64,000 bases of DNA, from positions 522,545 through 586,544 of the forward strand of contig CAYJKI010000002.1 of the NCBI GenBank assembly GCA_964370935.1. Reading direction: 5' to 3'. Origin of the DNA: an uncultured Ignavibacteria bacterium. GTDB taxonomy: Bacteria > Zixibacteria > MSB-5A5 > CAIYYT01. Of the stretch, positions 57,871 through 64,000 are shown in pieces. Position 1 is the first letter of the stretch; every line of letters begins with the position of its first letter. The position numbers were made by a program, and so were the translations under genes. The notes below the pieces were generated by a model, which saw nothing but the letters and a program-made list of their open reading frames with translations, was not told the origin of the DNA and did no database searches.

Positions 57871-59748
57871 TCAGATCAAGATGCTGTAGACGACTTTTAT
57901 TGCCCAGGTGTGACGATATTCGTGTTCACGAGTTTCGTAGTAACCGTGCCACGTAACTCCGTCATAGTCAGAATAGTACTCCTCGGCAGTGAAGTCCATC
58001 CTGAATCGCGTCCCCGGTTGCCAACGAAAATGCGGTCTTACTGTCCATCTGTCGTATCGGTATCGACTTAAGTAGTCAGGGTCATAGGCGGATGTAATCA
58101 CATCTTGTTGATAAGTGGCATCTAACCCGATCTCGACGCCATCGCATACTCCCAGAGCGCTTGAGTAGGACAATATCCACCGGTTATTGGATTCGCCTTT
58201 GAAGAAGTTGAAGATATTCTCTTCGTCATAATAGCCGCTCCACTCATGCGCTGGTGGTGTGACTGATATCGACGCTCGCCAGTCGCGCGGCTGCATCAGT
58301 GGCCCTAAGAGGTAATCGATGTCGTTGATTTGGTTCCAACCGATTGACTGTCGTTTGTCGGAATCCCAGCGGAACGAGTAGTATGATAGCTGAAGATCGA
58401 AATAGTGCCTTTGAGTGTGTCCATAGGACGTCACTTCGTTGTCTCGCGCGCTCCCCGAGACTTTGCGATCCAGAATGAATCGCAACAGCAGATCGAGGTT
58501 GAATTTCGAAAAATAGCTGACTTCGCTTGTTACCGATAAACGATCACGGCGCGATCTGTAGGTAGTGGAATCGCGTATAGATGTGTCGACTCGCTCGGAG
58601 GTACGTTCATATTTCTCTCGCCCGAACGTTAGATCTGCTGATGAACTAATTCGGAATGTCCCTGGTGTAAGTCGATGTCCGTAGTAAGAAGTATGATCAT
58701 CAAGAATCTGACCGAGGGGTACGGTGGCATCATTGGATATCCATGTATGGTCGGCGGAGATGCCATATACATTTGTATCGTCGATAAGTTTGTTTATGGT
58801 TCTGCTTCTTATCTGTGAGTCGTCCCAATTAGTGTTCTCGGACTTGTTGTCATTAACGTAGCTGTGAAAGGATGGCCGAATACTCGCCCAGTGTCGATTA
58901 CTTTTCAAGAGTAACGCTTCAACGAAGATCTCATTACTGCGAAAGGCGTCATCTCTGTCACCTACTGAACGGACGACGTGTGAGTCGAGATCGCTCAAAT
59001 CGTAGGAATCACGAATTTGGCTTGCCGGTCTGTTTTGGCGTCCAAGCTCCCAGCCTAATGTAAGTTGAAGCTTACGGCTGACGCCGTAACTTGAAACGGC
59101 TCCAGCGACCCAATATCTCGAGTCATTCACTTCTTCCGTCTTGACCAATACTGAAGCGGGATTCGATGGAAGGATCTTCGGCCACTGCATCCTACGACTG
59201 TAATCACTGATATTGAGTTGCAGGCTTGCATCCAGACTCCAGTTGCGTGGCTGCAGGACCATTCCTTTGGTGTAGTAGTACAGCGATCGCGAAGGGTCGA
59301 ACTCGATGTCCTTGTGAAGCATTCGCAACGTCTGATCCGACAGAAAGTCCGAGTGTTGGGTAAGACTTACCATTGTCTCGTCAAGTCGGAATTCGGAGTC
59401 TTCCTGCCAATCGAGCCGGTGGATTAGCAGGCGCATTCTCGGACCGAGTCTTGCAGCAGCGCTTAGCTTCGGACGCAGAAACTCTACTTGAAAGACATTT
59501 GATTGGCTGGTCGGACCAATTTCAAACAGTGATCCGACATTGACGCTAACCGCGTCGCCATAGCCGGTTTTGAGACTCGTCGTCAATGACCCGTGCTCGT
59601 CATTGTAGGCATCATGGATGGACTGAATCTGCGTGCGCCCGATGATCCTTCCAAAAAAGTAATCGAACGGTATTGTCTCGGCATTTGCCTGCGAGGCAAA
59701 GCAAAGTGCGATCATTAGCCCTGTGAGAATTCTTCTCTTGCCGATCAT
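57871..59748 (-). CDS. Large secreted protein, putative outer-membrane beta-barrel, paralog 1
   Basis: Signal peptide, then AETIPFDYFFGRIIG. 625 aa. Alternating beta-strand-like pattern rich in Y/W/R. No known family recognised. Confidence 0.45.
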   Translation of the reverse strand: MIGKRRILTGLMIALCFASQANAETIPFDYFFGRIIGRTQIQSIHDAYNDEHGSLTTSLKTGYGDAVSVNVGSLFEIGPTSQSNVFQVEFLRPKLSAAARLGPRMRLLIHRLDWQEDSEFRLDETMVSLTQHSDFLSDQTLRMLHKDIEFDPSRSLYYYTKGMVLQPRNWSLDASLQLNISDYSRRMQWPKILPSNPASVLVKTEEVNDSRYWVAGAVSSYGVSRKLQLTLGWELGRQNRPASQIRDSYDLSDLDSHVVRSVGDRDDAFRSNEIFVEALLLKSNRHWASIRPSFHSYVNDNKSENTNWDDSQIRSRTINKLIDDTNVYGISADHTWISNDATVPLGQILDDHTSYYGHRLTPGTFRISSSADLTFGREKYERTSERVDTSIRDSTTYRSRRDRLSVTSEVSYFSKFNLDLLLRFILDRKVSGSARDNEVTSYGHTQRHYFDLQLSYYSFRWDSDKRQSIGWNQINDIDYLLGPLMQPRDWRASISVTPPAHEWSGYYDEENIFNFFKGESNNRWILSYSSALGVCDGVEIGLDATYQQDVITSAYDPDYLSRYRYDRWTVRPHFRWQPGTRFRMDFTAEEYYSDYDGVTWHGYYETREHEYRHTWAIKVVYSILI

Positions 59749-59841
59749 GGCATTCTCCTTTTGGTGAGAGATCTACTTAGATTCTAACATGCAGTATACT
59801 ATCGATGTTTGGTCGTGTCAAGGGGAGAACGGCGTCTGCAA

Positions 59842-61701
59842 TTAGAAGACTGTGTCGACTTTGACACTAACACTCCAGGTAGCTCCCTCAACTGGACCTT
59901 CGGGATAATAGTCGTCGTCTGCCTCTCTTGAGTAGCTGTACTTGTACAGTAAGGAGAGTCTTGCGAATCGCAACGGCTGCCATTTCAGCGACGATTCCCA
60001 ATCCTGATCAGTGTGTCGCGTCAACCAGTCTGGATCTGGCCATTCAACCTGGCGGTACCTATAACTGAAATTCGACGTAATTTCGCAGTTGTTCGGCAAT
60101 CCGATACCGCCTTGGAGCATCATGTGCCAATCGCGATTCAACGATCCAGGCTGAAACTTCCATAGCTCTCTTGAGTCGGAGGAAGATGACTCTTTAAACC
60201 CCGGAAGTGTAGCTTCAACGCGGATTCGCAGATCCGACGCTCGCAGCATCGGCCCGAGCAAATAATCAATGTCCGAAACCTGATCCCAGGAGATTTCGCG
60301 CCGTTTGTCTGCCTGCCAGCGGTAGTTTCGGAATTCAAGCCAATATGACAGCGTCGTGGATTGCCCGTTGCGAAATTCGGGAGCCTCATTGCCGGGTCGT
60401 TCTTGAACAACTCGAGCTATCCGCAGAATCGCTCCGGTCGACACATTTGAGCGAAGATAGTAACTCAATTCAGTATTTAGTGACAGTTCGTGTGTGCGCT
60501 GGACTGTTCTGATGTCACTTGTTGCTTCGCTACTTGTGCCTCTAAAACGCGTGTCCTGTGTGTTGTACCTCCTTCGATACCACCGGAAATCAGAATTGAT
60601 CATCAGGGTACCGCGCTCGAGTTCCATTCCATAATACTCTCGATAATTATCCAACAATCTCTGCCGCTCTACAATCTGATGCCGCGAAATCCATGTAATC
60701 GCACCAATAAACTCATGTGCGTAGTCACTCGTGTTCGTCAAGTCGATGCGGTGATCAATAAGACCCCAGAGACTTCCTAGGTATTCATTATGGACGAGAC
60801 GATCATAGCGTTGGGACTCGTGCAAATATCGATAGGAGAGCATAGCCCACATTGAAGGTTGAATGAGCCGAGTCAGCTGAATTCCACCAGCACGGTCAAT
60901 TACATCTCGGTACCGTGTTTCGTAACTATCGGTCGTGTCTATTTCTTCTTGTCCTGTATATATCCACGCATACCGACGGCGGGTCAAACGGAGCTCCTTT
61001 CGTCTGTCTGTGTGAACATTAATCTCTGCTTGGAACCCGCGACCCAGACCGATTGTCGTCGACGCACCGATATCGGTTTGCTTATCCGAGGTATCAAACC
61101 TTCCGGTATCCGCCAACGTGGTCAATCCCTGAAATCTGTAAATGTCTCGGTCGTGATTGTTGTCATTACGCAAAATGAGATTGTCAATCAATACATGATA
61201 ACTCTTGGCGGAATACCATGGCCCGCTCAAGAGCGCGTAAGTCGAGGACTGGGGATCGAATTCGAGTGAGTCTCCCGACCAAATCTGAAATCGATGCGAG
61301 AATGAAAACTTGTCTTCATCAATGACTCCAGTACCGCCGTTCGTTGAATAGTCGTACTTCTCATTCGAGAGTTGAAGAAGATTGAAATTATACCGCGAAT
61401 GAAACGGCGTCTTTACAGTCAGGCTCAATCCAGTATTTGTCGACCGAAGCTTGTCGGATTTGATGTTCGGAATGTACCTGTAACGGTCTGGATGATAGAT
61501 TTCGTACTTTCCACTACTGCCAATACCGAGCGACAACAAGTACGTCGCGAGGTTGCTGCGGCTGTCGCGGTACTCCAGCGCTAATCGATCCGCCCCCACA
61601 ATTCGCCCATACCAATAGTCAAACGGTATTGTCTCGGCTAACAATGTTGTGGAAAGAATTAGTGTGAAGATGCCAACCCTTAGAATCCCGCCTGCGAACA
61701 T
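59842..61701 (-). CDS. Large secreted protein, putative outer-membrane beta-barrel, paralog 2
   Basis: Signal peptide, then AETIPFDYWYGRIVG. 619 aa with a C-terminal ...KVDTVF (terminal Phe). Tandem with paralog 1. Confidence 0.45.
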   Translation of the reverse strand: MFAGGILRVGIFTLILSTTLLAETIPFDYWYGRIVGADRLALEYRDSRSNLATYLLSLGIGSSGKYEIYHPDRYRYIPNIKSDKLRSTNTGLSLTVKTPFHSRYNFNLLQLSNEKYDYSTNGGTGVIDEDKFSFSHRFQIWSGDSLEFDPQSSTYALLSGPWYSAKSYHVLIDNLILRNDNNHDRDIYRFQGLTTLADTGRFDTSDKQTDIGASTTIGLGRGFQAEINVHTDRRKELRLTRRRYAWIYTGQEEIDTTDSYETRYRDVIDRAGGIQLTRLIQPSMWAMLSYRYLHESQRYDRLVHNEYLGSLWGLIDHRIDLTNTSDYAHEFIGAITWISRHQIVERQRLLDNYREYYGMELERGTLMINSDFRWYRRRYNTQDTRFRGTSSEATSDIRTVQRTHELSLNTELSYYLRSNVSTGAILRIARVVQERPGNEAPEFRNGQSTTLSYWLEFRNYRWQADKRREISWDQVSDIDYLLGPMLRASDLRIRVEATLPGFKESSSSDSRELWKFQPGSLNRDWHMMLQGGIGLPNNCEITSNFSYRYRQVEWPDPDWLTRHTDQDWESSLKWQPLRFARLSLLYKYSYSREADDDYYPEGPVEGATWSVSVKVDTVF

Positions 61702-61718
61702 AACGCGTCCTTTTGTAA

Positions 61719-62819
61719 TTACGCGATCTTGCCACCTCCCAGGACGATGTCGTCATCATAGAAAACGCAACTCTGACCGGGAGTCACCGCGCGTTGCTTA
61801 TCATGTAGTTTAACTTCCACATTGCCGTTTGTCAAGAGTGTGACGGTGCCCGGCACCGGTTTGTGCAAATAGCGAATGCGCACCAAAGCATCAAACGACT
61901 CGCCATTTCCGGTCGGTTTTTTCGCGACCCAGTTGACCTCCTTGACCTCGAAGGTCTCAAGGAGAAGGTCATCCTCGTCGCCGATCACGATCTCGTTGTT
62001 TGCGGCATCGATCGCCGTGACGAATTTTTTCTCGGTAGTGTTGATCTGAATCCGCTTACGCTGGCCGATCGTGTAGTGGAAATATCCCTCGTGCGTGCCG
62101 ACGACCTTGCCTTGCGTGTCGCGGATCTTGCCCGGCTTGGCGAGTTCCGGATGCTTCTTCTCAACCAGACGCGAGTAGTTGTTGTCGGGCACAAAGCAGA
62201 TCTCGCGTGACTCTTCCCGCTCGGCATTGATCAACCCATACTTGCGGCCAAGATCGCGCACCTGTGTCTTGTGCAGGTCGCCCAGCGGAAACATTGTCCG
62301 CGCCAGCGATTCCTGCTTGAGTCCCCAGAGGAAATACGACTGGTCGCGCGTCGGGTCGATGCCTTTGAGAATCTGGTAGCGGCCATTCGTTTCGTCGCGC
62401 TGGATACGCGCATAGTGTCCGGTCGCAAGATAGTCACAGCCAAGTTGCTTGACTTTGTTCTCCAGCAGTTCCCACTTGATCTTGTAGTTGCAGACGACAC
62501 AGGGATTCGGCGTGCGGCCCTGAACATATTCCGACACGAAGTCATTGATCACCGTGTCGTGGAAATCTTTGTGCATATTGAGGACGTAGTGGGGAATGCC
62601 GTACTTGAAGCAGACACTGCGGGCATCATCAAACATCTCGAGCGAACAGCAACGGCGCGAGACTTGTTTGTCCTCGCCGCCGACTTCAGCGAAGTCCCAC
62701 AACTTCATCGTCAGTCCGATGACATTGTAACCCTGAAGTTTCAGCATCACAGCGGCGACGGAACTGTCGATTCCGCCAGACATGGCAACTGCGACGAGTG
62801 TGTTCGAGTTGTCGGTCAT
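61719..62819 (-). CDS. mnmA: tRNA-specific 2-thiouridylase
   Basis: PP-loop VAVAMSGGIDSSV. Catalytic Cys residues. C-terminal beta-barrel. Lies directly downstream of a cysteine desulfurase gene. Confidence 0.9.
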   Translation of the reverse strand: MTDNSNTLVAVAMSGGIDSSVAAVMLKLQGYNVIGLTMKLWDFAEVGGEDKQVSRRCCSLEMFDDARSVCFKYGIPHYVLNMHKDFHDTVINDFVSEYVQGRTPNPCVVCNYKIKWELLENKVKQLGCDYLATGHYARIQRDETNGRYQILKGIDPTRDQSYFLWGLKQESLARTMFPLGDLHKTQVRDLGRKYGLINAEREESREICFVPDNNYSRLVEKKHPELAKPGKIRDTQGKVVGTHEGYFHYTIGQRKRIQINTTEKKFVTAIDAANNEIVIGDEDDLLLETFEVKEVNWVAKKPTGNGESFDALVRIRYLHKPVPGTVTLLTNGNVEVKLHDKQRAVTPGQSCVFYDDDIVLGGGKIA

Positions 62820-62834
62820 AGTCTTGGCTCCCGT

Positions 62835-63998
62835 CTACTTAGCCACATACTGCGGTGACATTTTACGTAGGCGCTCCACAATCGGAGGCAAGGTCGCAAG
62901 GAGATAGTCAATCTCTTCGGAGGTATTGTCTTTGCCAAGAGAGAATCTGATTGCAGAAGATGCTTCGTGCGGTTGAACGCCCATCGCCAAAAGCACATGC
63001 GACGGCTCGGTAGCGCCGGAAGTGCAGGCTGATCCGGACGACACGGCAATGCCTGCCATATCAAGCGAGAGAATGATCGCCTCGCCGTCAGCGCCGGGAA
63101 AAGTGAAGAACATGGTCCCGCGGTTTCCGCGCATCGGATCGCCGTGTAGGCGCGAATCAGGAATTGTCGCGAGAATTCCGCGGGTCAGCTTGTCGGAAAG
63201 TTCTGCCACATGCTGTGTGACCGTATCAAGCTCTGCAATGCTGTACTCGAGCGCAGTCGCCATTCCGACCGCTCCTGCGACATTCTCGGTGCCGCCGCGT
63301 TTGCCGCGTTCGTGCGCTCCGCCGTGAGTGTGCGGAAGAAAGCGTGTGCCGACTTTTGCGTACAGAAATCCCACACCTTTCGGTCCGTAGAATTTGTGCG
63401 CCGTGCCTGATGCGAGGATGACTCCTATTGAATGCAAGCCGACTGGCATTTTTCCAAGTGCCTGCACAGCATCCGTGTGGAAATATACATTACGTTCGCT
63501 GGCGACATTTGCGAGCGCCGCGATATCCTGCAAAGTCCCGGTTTCGTTGTTTGCCATGATAATCGAGACAAGAATTGTGTCGGGACGAATTGACGAACTC
63601 AATTGGTCGGCATCGACATAACCCTGCGAGTCCACATCGAGATAGGTGACCTCATATTCGTGTTTCTCAAGAAACTTGCACGGCTCAAGCACCGCCTGAT
63701 GTTCAGTCTTGGTGGTGACGATGTGTCGGCCCTTGTGGGCCAGGGCCTCGGCAACACCCTTGATCGCAATGTTATTCGACTCGGTGGCTCCGGAAGTGAA
63801 GTACAATTCATCGGGTCGACAGCCGAGCAGTGATGCGAGCTTTTCGCGCGACTGCTCCAGACCGGCGCGTGCTGACTGACCAACCGAATGCACCGAAGAG
63901 GCATTACCGTAGGTATCCTTCAGATACGGCAACATGGCGTCGAGAACACGAGGGTCAAGAGGCGTGGTGCTGTTATGATCGAAGTAGATTTGTTTCAC
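62835..63998 (-). CDS. Cysteine desulfurase (NifS/IscS family, PLP-dependent)
   Basis: PLP-lysine region ...SGTAHKFYGPKGVG and active-site loop SSGSACTSG. 387 aa. Confidence 0.85.
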   Translation of the reverse strand: MKQIYFDHNSTTPLDPRVLDAMLPYLKDTYGNASSVHSVGQSARAGLEQSREKLASLLGCRPDELYFTSGATESNNIAIKGVAEALAHKGRHIVTTKTEHQAVLEPCKFLEKHEYEVTYLDVDSQGYVDADQLSSSIRPDTILVSIIMANNETGTLQDIAALANVASERNVYFHTDAVQALGKMPVGLHSIGVILASGTAHKFYGPKGVGFLYAKVGTRFLPHTHGGAHERGKRGGTENVAGAVGMATALEYSIAELDTVTQHVAELSDKLTRGILATIPDSRLHGDPMRGNRGTMFFTFPGADGEAIILSLDMAGIAVSSGSACTSGATEPSHVLLAMGVQPHEASSAIRFSLGKDNTSEEIDYLLATLPPIVERLRKMSPQYVAK

Positions 63999-64000
63999 CG

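Overview
This 64-kb window looks like chromosomal DNA from an uncultivated-type diderm bacterium. It is roughly 50-55% GC by eye and densely coded. The envelope genes (LptF/LptG, TolC-like, LpxL-family acyltransferase, AsmA-like, outer-membrane-like paralogs) indicate a diderm. The DUF3347-type CusB, the DUF2723 protein and the GT-C proteins are suggestive of FCB-group-like lineages, which is inference only.

Main blocks, by position:
- 1-2.9 kb: partial isocitrate-dehydrogenase-family gene (5' end at 758, minus), mutY, a ZIP zinc transporter.
- 2.9-5.4 kb: lptF/lptG-like permease pair.
- 5.6-7.4 kb: a hypothetical protein, a strong intrinsic terminator, then an HD-GYP phosphodiesterase.
- 7.4-15.0 kb, minus strand: heavy-metal efflux operon (TolC-like, tandem-YHS periplasmic protein, CusB-like adaptor with DUF3347 tail, a 1262-aa CusA/CzcA RND pump).
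- 15.0-17.7 kb, divergent: a perfect 19-bp inverted repeat in the intergenic region, then a membrane histidine kinase and a sigma-54-dependent NtrC-type response regulator.
- 17.7-28.6 kb: AsmA-like, cysE, rarA, a secreted hypothetical, an ERCC4-like/HhH2 protein with a degenerate catalytic motif, a DUF2723/TPR membrane protein, mtaB.
- 28.7-39.1 kb, minus strand: one translationally coupled operon with 4-nt gene overlaps. Order: hdrC, hdrB, hdrA N-terminal fragment, nuoE-like, nuoF-like, a NuoG/HoxU-like 2Fe-2S domain fused to the hdrA C-terminal fragment, mvhD, mvhG, mvhA ([NiFe] hydrogenase group 3), a hydrogenase maturation protease, and a DnaJ-type zinc-finger mini-protein.
- 39.4-51.5 kb: folE, a hypothetical, a secreted protein built from four ~140-aa internal repeats, a PfkB kinase, a GT4 glycosyltransferase, an SH3b lipoprotein, an LpxL-family acyltransferase, an HExxH membrane protease, an M16 peptidase pair, a SAM methyltransferase.
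- 51.9-54.7 kb: two overlapping GT-C-type membrane glycosyltransferase-like genes.
- 54.8-57.1 kb, minus strand: envelope-stress module (ECF sigma factor, ZAS anti-sigma factor, two LTxxQ Spy/CpxP-like proteins).
- 57.1-64.0 kb: an MBL-fold hydrolase, two tandem ~620-aa paralogous putative outer-membrane proteins, mnmA, and a NifS/IscS cysteine desulfurase.

The standout is the hdr/mvh locus. hdrA is cleanly split into two ORFs, and a NADH-dehydrogenase-type module (NuoE-like, NuoF-like, NuoG/HoxU-like domain) sits in the gap. That gives a chimera of a group-3c Mvh:Hdr complex and a Hox-type diaphorase. No rRNA, tRNA or CRISPR array was found.
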